DNA from: Chloropicon primus
Taxonomy: Eukaryota
Assembly: GCA_023205875.1 (NCBI GenBank)
Contig: CP060762.1
Span: 62,001 to 126,000 of the forward strand
DNA length: 64,000 nt
Direction: 5' to 3'
The notes under the pieces were generated by a model that saw only the letters and a program-made list of their open reading frames with translations, had not been told where the DNA came from and did not search any database. The translations under genes were made by a program, and so were the position numbers. Shown here piece by piece: positions 1 through 8,964 of this stretch (position 1 is the stretch's first letter; every line of letters begins with the position of its first letter).

Positions 1-185
1 GAAGACTCTCCACCGGCTGGTGCCTCGCCCCCGCCATCCTCCTCCTCCTGAGGCTGCACCCCAGGGACCTCGTTTCCCTGTTCGTCGTCGTGTTCGTGTT
101 CTTCTTCGTCCCTCTCCTTCCTCTTCCTCTCCTTCTCCTTCTTCTTCTTCTTCCTACTCAGGATCTTCTGCGCGTCTGTCTTCAT
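1..185 (-). CDS. 5' part of a gene running off the left edge; basic/acidic N-terminus (MKTDAQKILSRKKKKKEKERKRKERDEEE...)
   Basis: ATG at 185 opens a stop-free frame to position 1. The Lys-rich NLS-like stretch followed by an acidic stretch is typical of nuclear proteins. No domain is visible. Confidence 0.4.
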   Translation of the reverse strand, partial: MKTDAQKILSRKKKKKEKERKRKERDEEEHEHDDEQGNEVPGVQPQEEEDGGGEAPAGGES

Positions 186-1056
186 CCTGCCCTCTCCCTC
201 CTCCTCTCCTCTCTCTCTCTCCTCTCCTCTCCTCGTCCTCCGCCGCCTCCTCGCCGTCTCCCGCCCAAACACACACACACGATCACGATCACCGCGACCA
301 CGACGACGAGGACGACGACGACCGCGACCACGACGACGACGACGACGACGACGAGGAGGAGGAGGAGGGTGAGTGAAGGAGGAGGGGACAGGCGGAAGCG
401 GCGCCGCGTTCTCTTTCGAACGAACCCGAACAACACCAACAACGTGACGTGACGTGACGTGACGTGACGAACAGAAGAGGAAGAGGAAGAGGAAGAGGAA
501 GAGGATGAGAGGGTGAAGAGGTTTTGTGAGGAGGGACTGTGAGTCTGACGGGAGGTTTCGTTCGTTCTCTTGGTTGGAAGATAGGCAGGAAAACTCTTGA
601 CGAGGACGAAAACAGCGGAGAGGGGACACTAGCAACACTGCATGGTGGAGGTCCCGCACTTCGGGCGATACCTGGTAGGCGTTCTGGTGATGGTAACGGG
701 AGTCGTAAGTGAAAAATACGAACGAAGGGGGTTGGCAGACTCCGCAAGGGCGGGAGGTCGTGCCAGGGGGTCTCGTCCACCATCACCCTGTGCGTGCGTG
801 CGTGCGTGCGTGTGTGTGTGTGTGGAGGGAGGGAGGAAGGGGGCCGTGTCTGACCTCGTGGCTCGTGTCTGACCTCGTGTTGGTGCGCTTTCTTTCCCAT
901 TTCCTTCTCCAGTTGGTGCCATTGATTCTGGGTATGCTAAAGTTTAGAAGAACGCCTGTGAGACAGATCGCGAGAGCATAGAGAGGCACAAGCCTGTTGT
1001 AGTTGCAGAGCACGAAGAAGGAGAACGGAGCGGAGAGCGCGAGGGAGAACGACGAT

Positions 1057-1490
1057 ATGAAGCTGGAAGTCAGAGCCGAGTGGCGTGTCGCGGATGACGC
1101 CTGCGAGAGTGGTGTCCAAAAGTATCAGTACCAGTCCAACTGCGGTGAGTGCGGATTCCGGACGAGTGCAGGCGGGAGCAGAATGCATCCTGCCCCCGGC
1201 CCCCGTCGTCTGTCTGCCTGCATGTCTTTGCTGACACGCTAACGCTCTCGCTTTTTTGTTTCGCGCTTCTCTCGTGCACCCTTCCTTCCCACCGCATTCC
1301 CCCACCAGACCAATTGCACGAGTCGTTCAAGTACTTGAAGACCGAGAGCAACCGTCTGCTGACCGCCTGGATGAGCGGCAAGAAGATGAAAGTCGAGGAA
1401 ATCGACGTCTTGGAGGAGAAGGTCGAGGACGAGGAGGACGAGGCTGAAGCGAACCCCGCGTCCCCTGACGCGAAGAAGCAAAAGACCTGA
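1057..1490 (+). CDS. Small 89-aa two-exon protein, GON7 (KEOPS fifth subunit)-like; exons 1057-1144 and 1309-1490
   Basis: GTGAGT donor at 1145, CTGAC/CTAAC branch near 1231-1243, pyrimidine tract and CAG acceptor at 1308. The phase-1 join is in frame and gives MKLEVRAEW...CDQLHESFKYLKTESNRLLTAWM...EDEEDEAEANPASPDAKKQKT. Confidence 0.6.
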
Positions 1491-1717
1491 GTGACGTAAT
1501 TATTAGTTCGATGCATACATGCATACAGAGAGAGAAAGAAAAAGAGAGTGTATATACCATTCTTAGCATCACTTACGCCCTTGTGTCCCGTCTTCCCCCC
1601 CCACCATCAAGTCCCTAGTCCTGGTCTTCTCCACCGCTTTCCACATTCCCCTGAGCACCACCATCACGAAGGAGCCCCTCCTCCGGTACAAGTGCTGCCA
1701 GTGGTCCCCCAGATTCC

Positions 1718-1790
1718 CCATCCTCCTCCTCCTCGCGCCATCCTCCTCCTCCTCGCGCCATCCTCCTCCTCCTCGCGCCATCCTCCTCGC
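1718..1790. repeat. Short tandem repeat, about 20-bp unit (CCATCCTCCTCCTCCTCGCG), about 3.5 copies
   Basis: Seen directly in the sequence. Confidence 0.7.
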
Positions 1791-2029
1791 CCCTCCGCTT
1801 GGGAGTGATGAGTAATTCGATCCTTGGACGGAGGGAGAAGACCCGCGGAGGGAAAGGAAGGAAGGAAGGGAGGAAGGAAAGGCGACGGTAACCGAGGGGA
1901 GGGAGAAGGTCGGTCGGTCGCCTCTCGAGTCCGCGCCACAATAAGCGTCCTCGTCTCTTGCTCCTTCCTCTTGCGCAGAGTCAGAGACAGAGAGACAGAG
2001 AGACAGAGAGACAGAGAGACAGAGAGAAG

Positions 2030-2770
2030 ATGAGTTGGTGCTTGAGTTGCTGCGGGGTGTTTGGCCCGCGAGGGGACCAAGACAGGCTTCAGAGCACCTT
2101 GCTTATTCAGCCGGAGGCGCCGTGCGTTGCGGAAGCTGGAGTGAGGACGAGGCAGATGGAGAGCTCATCGGATTTGTCCTTCTCCTCGCTGGATGCGGTG
2201 AGTCCAGAGAGCCCGCAGCTTGTGATGATGCGGACGCAGCGGGAGAAGGAGCTCGTGGACATGGAGGAGGAGGAGGTCGAGGACATGGAGGAGGACGAGG
2301 ACGAGGAGAGGCGCGCCTCAGGGGACAAGAGTGGGGAGTCCTCCTCCGAGGAGAGCAGTCACTTGCTTGGCAGGAGGGGTGCCAAGGACTCTCAGGCCAC
2401 CTCGAGCAGCACGGGTGGTGGTGGCTCCCAACGGGGCAGGACTTCCAAGGCTCGGAGGAGGGAGAGGAGGAGGGAGAAGCAGAGGAGGAGGGGCAGGGGC
2501 GAGGGGGCGAACCAACCGAGGGAGGGGGAGGAGGAGGAGGACCTCAAGGCGGAGAAGGAAGCTGCCTTGAAACGATTCAAAACGCAGTCCCTGGACGAGT
2601 GCCCCATCTGCCTCGAGGAGTTTTCCCAGGACAGCCCCGCGGTCTTCTTGAATTGCGGCCACGCGTTCCACTTGCACTGCGTGTACGAGTGGCTCGAGAG
2701 GAGCAGTACCTGCGCGGTGTGTGGGATGGCCGTGGAGGACTACGAGGTGCACGAGGGACCAGTGGGCTGA
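2030..2770 (+). CDS. RING-H2 E3 ubiquitin ligase
   Basis: C-terminal CPICLEEF...CGHAFHLHCVYEWLERSSTCAVC (C3H2C3). The first ATG at 2030 gives a Cys-rich N-terminus (MSWCLSCCG) that may be S-acylated. Confidence 0.9.
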   Translation: MSWCLSCCGVFGPRGDQDRLQSTLLIQPEAPCVAEAGVRTRQMESSSDLSFSSLDAVSPESPQLVMMRTQREKELVDMEEEEVEDMEEDEDEERRASGDKSGESSSEESSHLLGRRGAKDSQATSSSTGGGGSQRGRTSKARRRERRREKQRRRGRGEGANQPREGEEEEDLKAEKEAALKRFKTQSLDECPICLEEFSQDSPAVFLNCGHAFHLHCVYEWLERSSTCAVCGMAVEDYEVHEGPVG

Positions 2771-2851
2771 CACGCAAAGATGGATTGTGGATTGATATTT
2801 TTTGTTTCTAGTATTTTTGTAGCATATCTGATTCCAAGGTTCTGAGGCACT

Positions 2852-3959
2852 TCACCTTTTCACGGTGTACCCTCCCGTCTCCTCGCTGCAGTCTGCCTCC
2901 CCAGCGGTGCCTGGCTTGACGCGCTCCAGAATCCAATTCACGGCCAAGCGAATCACTTGCTTGCAACCCTGAGGCTCGTAGAGCAAAGAGTGGCTCATGT
3001 TGTTCATCCAAATCAACGTCTTGTCCTTGCTTGTCGTTTGCTCGAACATGTCGTGGCTTCCCGTGGAGTTGACGTGGGTATCGTTAGGCGAGGAGAGGAT
3101 GATGTACGGCAGCTCGATTTGCCCGCCGGCGCGGCTCCTGAGCTGCGCCTGCAACATGTTGGAGGCCATCCCAAAGTGCATCCTCCCGCAGTAATTCAGG
3201 GGATCCTCCTTCTCCGTTCGCCACATGTTCCTGTCGGTGGGCCTCTGGTTTTTGATCATCCTGACGCGGTACAGGATGGGCTTGAACCAGGTAAGCACAG
3301 GCTTCTTGAAAAAGTACCAGCAGCACCAGTGGTCCTCGTCCTTCATCATCACCGCTGGGCTCAGCAGCAACAACCCATCCACGATGGAGTTACCCTCTGT
3401 CTGAATCATCCTCGTCGCGACGAGCCCGCCCATGCTGCTCCCCATGACATACACCGGAGGCTGCTGCCCTCCTTTGGCTCGGTACTCCTCCCTCACGATC
3501 TTGACGAACTGGACGACGTCCTTGGTGAAGTCGTCGAAGTCCCTCACGTAGCACGGCATCTTCCTGTACTTGTCGCTCAGGCCGTGGCCCTGGAGGTCGA
3601 AGGCCTGCACGTCGAACCCCACCTCGTTCAACGCGTGCGTGATGCTGCCGTCGTACCTCGCGTGGCCCGGGGCCCCCTCGAACTCCGGTTGGAGAGCCTC
3701 GAACCTCGCGTGGACGCCATACCCGTGGACGAGTGTGACAACCGCCGCTGGAGGCAGCGTCCCTCCATCACCCTCGTCGTCACTCTCCCGTGCAGGGCTC
3801 CTGTCACCACCCGCAGGCTGCTTCGCTTTCGTGTCCACCACGCCAAAGCTCTTGGACATGAGGGCCGATGCGCGCCACGTATACCTCTCCAGCCTCAGCC
3901 CCCTTTCATTCACGAAGGACCCCCTCTCCGGCTCCACCATCACTCCGCTGCTCCCGTTC

Positions 3960-3996
<37 letters not shown>

Positions 3997-3997
3997 T
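2852..3997 (-). CDS. Alpha/beta hydrolase, monoacylglycerol lipase/lysophospholipase (Hydrolase_4) family
   Basis: LVHGYG, DLQGHGLS, nucleophile GSSMGG, catalytic Asp (NDTHV) and His (MSHSL). Confidence 0.9.
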
Positions 3998-4250
3998 TGC
4001 CCAAACTCTCTCTCTAACGCTCGCTCATGCGTTTTTGCTTTTTGAATCGACTGGCGATGGATGGGATGGCGGGGGAATGAAAAGGTTGCTTTGCCTTTTG
4101 CCTGGGAGGCAAGGCGAAGAGGAGGAGGGGTCCTTGTCTTTGTGTTGCTGTTGCTGTTTGTTTGATGTTTCGTTGGATGGAAGAAATATAAGGGCTTAGG
4201 CTTTTAAAAACTTGCCGTGAATGCTACATGCAGTTCTGCAGTAGAACGCC

Positions 4251-6458
4251 TTACTGCTTGCTCCTGGAGGATCGCCAGACCCCCGCGTAGAACAATATGA
4301 TGAAGACCGGGAGACTTAAGAAGGCGTACAGGAGGCAGAGCCACTGGCTAGAGTGCGCCCCGGTTCCGAGGCTGAACATGTTCAAGGTGAAGTTGTTCAT
4401 GGCCGTGCACTGGTTGCCGTCGCCGTTCATGCCCGCGCTCTGGAAGAGCATGGGCAGCCTGTTGAGCAAGCTGCCCATTCCATCCGAGCACTTGGCGCCG
4501 CTGTCGAAGCTCGCCTCGCACTGCCCGTTCTGGATGGCCTCCTCGACACCGGACTGGTCGCTGTACTGGTTGATCATCAGGGCGCTCCAGGTCCACTGCT
4601 GGTAGGAGATCCAGTAGAGCCAAGACCACCATTTGGGAATCTGGCACTTTGGCAGGAAGAAGCCCGAGACCAGAATGTTGAGCGTGTTCCACACCGTGCA
4701 CAGGGCCTGGGGCAGGAAGTCGATCTGGATGTTGGACGCCAGCGCGAAGGCAATGGACGTGGAGACCATGTTGACCGTGAAGCTGCACAGGCAGTAGAAG
4801 AAGAAGGCGTAGGGAGTCATCTTGAGCCCGATGGCAAAGTAGGTGACGATGCCAAAGCCCACGGCGCCCAGCAGGCCGTAAGGGACCTCCTGGATGATCT
4901 TCTCCACGGCGAAGGTGCTGCTCCTGTAGTAAGCGTCCTGCCTCTGCCTCAGCACGAGGGGCCACTCGATCTTGAAGTCCTCCAGAGGGGTGACCGCCAT
5001 GAACCCGGCGAGGGCCACGGTCACGAAGAGCAGGCCCGCGGTCGTGAAGGACCCCCAAAAGTTCTTCGGCAAGTTGTTGAAGAAGGAGGCGTACACCAGC
5101 CCGACCAGGATCGGGATGGCGAGCTTCACGGCGATGTACCAGCCCCAGCCCCACTTGATCATCACCCTGTAGCGCACCAGGACGTAGATCTCCCTGAGGG
5201 GGGAGTTCGCGTAGCACATCAGGTCCTGCTGCTCGGCTTGCTGAGCCAGGGTGACGGACCACTTCCTCCTGTGCGTGTCCTTGTCGGCGCTCGGAGGCAG
5301 GGCGTCCCCGGGCTTGGTCTGGTGGATGAAGTCCTCCCAGATGGCGTCCGCCTGAGACTTTTGGGACTTGGCCTGCTCGCTCTCCTCGTAGACCTGCTGG
5401 AAATCGCAGGACGCGGCCTTGTCCGTCACCGTCTCGAGGATGAACTCGGCGATGTTGTAGCCAGGCCTGTAAGGGTACCCGAGGTCGGCGAAGATCTTGC
5501 AGGGCTCCATCCCCCCCGGCCCGAGGTAGATGATCTTCCCGGCCTTGAGCAGGATGAGCTGGTCCAGCAGGTCGAAGATCACGGGGGACGGCTGGTGGAT
5601 GGTCACCACAAGCGTGCACCCCAAGCCCTGCAGCTGGGACTTGACGATGTGCATGACCTCCGAGGCCATGGCAGAGTCCAGGCCCGTGGTCGGCTCGTCC
5701 AGGAAGATGGCCCTCGGGTTGTACAGCAGACCCATCGAGATGGAGAGCCTCTTCCTCTCCCCCCCGCTCAGGCCCCTCACGCCGATCCCGGGGTTCCCCA
5801 CGATGGTCTGCGCGGCCTGGTCCAAGCTCATCTGCTTCAGGACCTGGTGCACCCTCTGGATCTTCTCCTCCTTGCTCCACTTGTCGTGGGGAAGCTTGCA
5901 CATGGCCGCGAACAGGACGCTCTCGAACACAGTGCAGTGGCAAAGCCCGCTGCTGATCACGTCGTCGCTCTGCTCCACGTACGAGGCGTCCCTCCTGACC
6001 TCGGACATCGTCGGCCTGTGCGCGTCGTACAGGACGTCCCCGTACCTCTTCGCGGGCTTCTTCAGCCTGTGCGAGATGGCGTCCAGCAGGGTCGTCTTGC
6101 CCGCGCCGGACGGTCCCATCAGGCCGTACATCTCCCCGCTCCGGATCACCGCGGTCACGTCCTTCAACGTCGTCTTCGTCGACCTCTCCTTCTTGCTCCT
6201 GAAGATGTTGAACCCGTCGTTCTTCTCGATCTGGACGCTCACGTTGTGCAGGGAGATCGTCAGACCCCTCACCGCGTGCAGCCCAGTCACCGACAGCTTC
6301 TTCTCCATGACGCCCCCGGCGTTGCTCCCGTCGTCACCGCCGTGAAACGCGACCACTTCCTCGTACTCTGGCTTGATCTCCCCCCCCATCGTCGTCGTCG
6401 TCCTCATCGCTTCCTCCGGCGCAACTTGGTGCTTGTCGACCCCCTCAAACCCTGCCAT
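4251..6458 (-). CDS. ABCG (White-Brown complex) half-size ABC transporter
   Basis: Walker A GPSGAGKTT, signature LSGGERKR, IFLDEPTTGLDS and TIHQP, followed by a C-terminal 6-TM domain (NBD-TMD order). Confidence 0.95.
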   Translation of the reverse strand: MAGFEGVDKHQVAPEEAMRTTTTMGGEIKPEYEEVVAFHGGDDGSNAGGVMEKKLSVTGLHAVRGLTISLHNVSVQIEKNDGFNIFRSKKERSTKTTLKDVTAVIRSGEMYGLMGPSGAGKTTLLDAISHRLKKPAKRYGDVLYDAHRPTMSEVRRDASYVEQSDDVISSGLCHCTVFESVLFAAMCKLPHDKWSKEEKIQRVHQVLKQMSLDQAAQTIVGNPGIGVRGLSGGERKRLSISMGLLYNPRAIFLDEPTTGLDSAMASEVMHIVKSQLQGLGCTLVVTIHQPSPVIFDLLDQLILLKAGKIIYLGPGGMEPCKIFADLGYPYRPGYNIAEFILETVTDKAASCDFQQVYEESEQAKSQKSQADAIWEDFIHQTKPGDALPPSADKDTHRRKWSVTLAQQAEQQDLMCYANSPLREIYVLVRYRVMIKWGWGWYIAVKLAIPILVGLVYASFFNNLPKNFWGSFTTAGLLFVTVALAGFMAVTPLEDFKIEWPLVLRQRQDAYYRSSTFAVEKIIQEVPYGLLGAVGFGIVTYFAIGLKMTPYAFFFYCLCSFTVNMVSTSIAFALASNIQIDFLPQALCTVWNTLNILVSGFFLPKCQIPKWWSWLYWISYQQWTWSALMINQYSDQSGVEEAIQNGQCEASFDSGAKCSDGMGSLLNRLPMLFQSAGMNGDGNQCTAMNNFTLNMFSLGTGAHSSQWLCLLYAFLSLPVFIILFYAGVWRSSRSKQ

Positions 6459-6651
6459 CGTTCACTCGCGAGCGTTCCACTCGACCGCGGCGCTTGGACT
6501 CCTTCTGGTACCCCCGACGGAAGGCGAACTCATCTCCTCGAGCTCTGCGGTCACGAGGCGCCGACCCATCGAGTTAATCGCTCCGCGCGCCGATCATTTT
6601 TATCGGGGCGTTACTGTCGGAGGTTTAGGTTTAGGTGTACATGTACACCAG

Positions 6652-6685
<34 letters not shown>

Positions 6686-7019
6686 AGGAAAAATCGACGC
6701 CCTCGTCACGGCAGAGACGGGGGGCGGGGAGACGGCGCCTATAGAGCTCGTCAGGCAAGCCTCGCAAGAAGCCTCGCAAGAAGAAGAAGAAGAAGAAGAA
6801 GGGCAAGAAGGCAGGGAAGCAGCCGGGTGGCTTGGCGGACGACAGCGTGAAGAACACCTGGTTCTCATCGATCAAGAAAAAACTTGAAGAGGTAAAGGGT
6901 CCGAAGACGGGATGGAGGTCGTTGAACTAACGGGTAAGTAGTGGCTGAAAAAAAAAAACTTTCTGCGGACGGACAGTTCAATAGATATCATTTTCTTTTG
7001 TTGTTCCGTCTAGCGAGGG

Positions 7020-8393
7020 CTAGAGCTCCAGCTTCCTCGTGACCTCCTTCATCTCGATGGAGTTGAGCTCGATGTCCGTCATGGGCGGCCTCCCTCGGCC
7101 ACTCGGCTTGCCGCCGGTCCTCCTGCCCAGGGACAGGGAGCCCAAGTTCCGCCTCCTCCTCCTCTTCTCTTGGGTCGTCCTGGTGGCGGCGGCGGGGCGG
7201 TGCGAGGTTCCCATCCTCATCAGGGGGGTCCCCGCCTGGATCCACATCTGGAGGGCCTTGCTGACCGGCGTCATCGGGATGCTCAGCTTGGCCTCGTCCT
7301 CCTTCTTCCTCTTGCCCTCAGCGGGGCCGCTGCTGCTGGGGACCACGACCCAGTCGTCCCCGCCGAGCCCCTTGGGCGGCGCCTCCTCCTCCCCGCTCTT
7401 CCTCTTCTTACCGCCACCGTCCTCCTCCTCCCGAGCCCCCTCCGCCACCACAGCCACCTGCTGGGCCTCGACGCCGGCGAGGAACTCCAGGACGCACTCC
7501 ACGTTCCTGCCGCAGCGCTGGCTGAGCACCTGGTACACGTCCCCGAGGTTGTCCTTGCCCAGGAGCTCCGCCTCGTTGGACTTGAGCAGGTGGAGGGCCA
7601 CCTTGTGGAGGAATCCCCGCCGGTCCCCCCGGAACACCCAGAAGGCGTCCCACACCTTGAGCAGGACCTCGGTCTCCAGCACCAGGACGAAGTTGCACAG
7701 GAGCCACTTTGGGAAGCAGAGGGAGAAGTCGTGCAGGCCGCAGGTCTTGAGGTGGGAACAAAGCCCCCCGAGGTGGGCCAGGGCGGCGCCCTGGAGGAGG
7801 TCGAGGTCCTTCTTCAGGCCGCTGAGGGGCGGGCTCTCAAAGTACCCGCGGAGGGACCTGAGGAGCGCCACGAAGACCCAGAAGGCCTCCTGCTCCGTCT
7901 TCACCGCGAGGAGGACGAAGCCCGCCAGAAAGTTCATCCCTTGGATGTACTCGAACCCCGTGTGCAGGCAGGCGCCCAGCAGGATCCTCCTTAGCTGCCT
8001 CCACTTCTCGCTCCCCTCGTCCTTGAACTGGTCGTGGTCCGGGAACGTGCGAGGCAGGTCGAGCGCGACCTGCTTCCTGGACGCCCCGTTGACCGCGTTC
8101 TCGCTCCTCTCCACGTCCTCGCAGATCTGCTCGTAGGTCCTCTTGCTCTTCTTCCTCTCTATCGCAGCCCCGCTCCATGTGTACCAGCACTTGGGCCTGT
8201 CGTTCTCGTCCAGGCCGTGCTTGCTCACCTGACTGACGAGCGCCCTCGTCCGTATCAGGCACCTCTCGCCCCTGCACTTCTTCTCCCTGTACTCCCTCCA
8301 CCGCTCATCGCTCCTGGCGCAAGACTCCTTGAGCCTCTTGTACCTCTCCGACGACGCCCTCTCCTCCGACACCTCGAACCCGAGCTCGTCCAT
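7020..8393 (-). CDS. TBC-domain Rab GTPase-activating protein
   Basis: QVALDLPRTFP (Arg finger), YIQGMNFLAG (Gln finger), EQEAFW and LKVWDAF. First ATG at 8393 (MDELGF). Confidence 0.92.
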   Translation of the reverse strand: MDELGFEVSEERASSERYKRLKESCARSDERWREYREKKCRGERCLIRTRALVSQVSKHGLDENDRPKCWYTWSGAAIERKKSKRTYEQICEDVERSENAVNGASRKQVALDLPRTFPDHDQFKDEGSEKWRQLRRILLGACLHTGFEYIQGMNFLAGFVLLAVKTEQEAFWVFVALLRSLRGYFESPPLSGLKKDLDLLQGAALAHLGGLCSHLKTCGLHDFSLCFPKWLLCNFVLVLETEVLLKVWDAFWVFRGDRRGFLHKVALHLLKSNEAELLGKDNLGDVYQVLSQRCGRNVECVLEFLAGVEAQQVAVVAEGAREEEDGGGKKRKSGEEEAPPKGLGGDDWVVVPSSSGPAEGKRKKEDEAKLSIPMTPVSKALQMWIQAGTPLMRMGTSHRPAAATRTTQEKRRRRRNLGSLSLGRRTGGKPSGRGRPPMTDIELNSIEMKEVTRKLEL

Positions 8394-8964
8394 GAACCTC
8401 CTCCTCCTCTTCTTCTTCTTCTTCGCAACAAGAGCCGACCGCCGCGTGCGCAGCAACGGAGACCACACCAACGGAACCGACTCGACCAACCCTCCCTCTC
8501 CTCTCCTCGCCGAACCAACCAACACCGACTCGAGCTCGAGTCGAGCTCGAGTGAATGAATGAATGAATGAATGAATGCGAGTGCGTCTTTCTTTTCGAAC
8601 CCGCTGACGTGAGGTATCGTCGTAAAGCCCGTAAAAACGCGGTTCTTCCCTCTTGCTCGTCCTCGTCTCTCCCTCCCTCGTCCCTCGTCCTTCCTCGCCG
8701 AACAAACCCTCTCTCTCCTCTCCCTCTCCTCGACGCGTCTGTCAATCCGTTTTTGAAACGATCGGCTCCAGGGCGGGGAACGGATAAAGGGATTGAGATC
8801 GATCGCGCGGCTGGAGAGGCGTTACGGTGTTTGGGGCGGGGGGGAGGCGAAGGGGAGGCGCGAGGAGGGGAAGGGAACACACGGGAGGGGGACGGGGGAC
8901 GGGGGACGGGGGACGATACCTTTCCGACGACATCTCAGTTGGGACGAGAGGGGAGGCGTGCGTG

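Noticed and set aside
20..510. Low-complexity ORFs (poly-Ser/Thr/Asp)
   Set aside because: They are translations of microsatellites (GAC, GAG, TGACG, GAGGAA).
4353..6887. 844-aa antisense ORF (likewise 10687-12615, 18044-20041, 33898-36033 and 40260-41936)
   Set aside because: These are shadow frames of real genes, expected with high GC3, and show no motifs.
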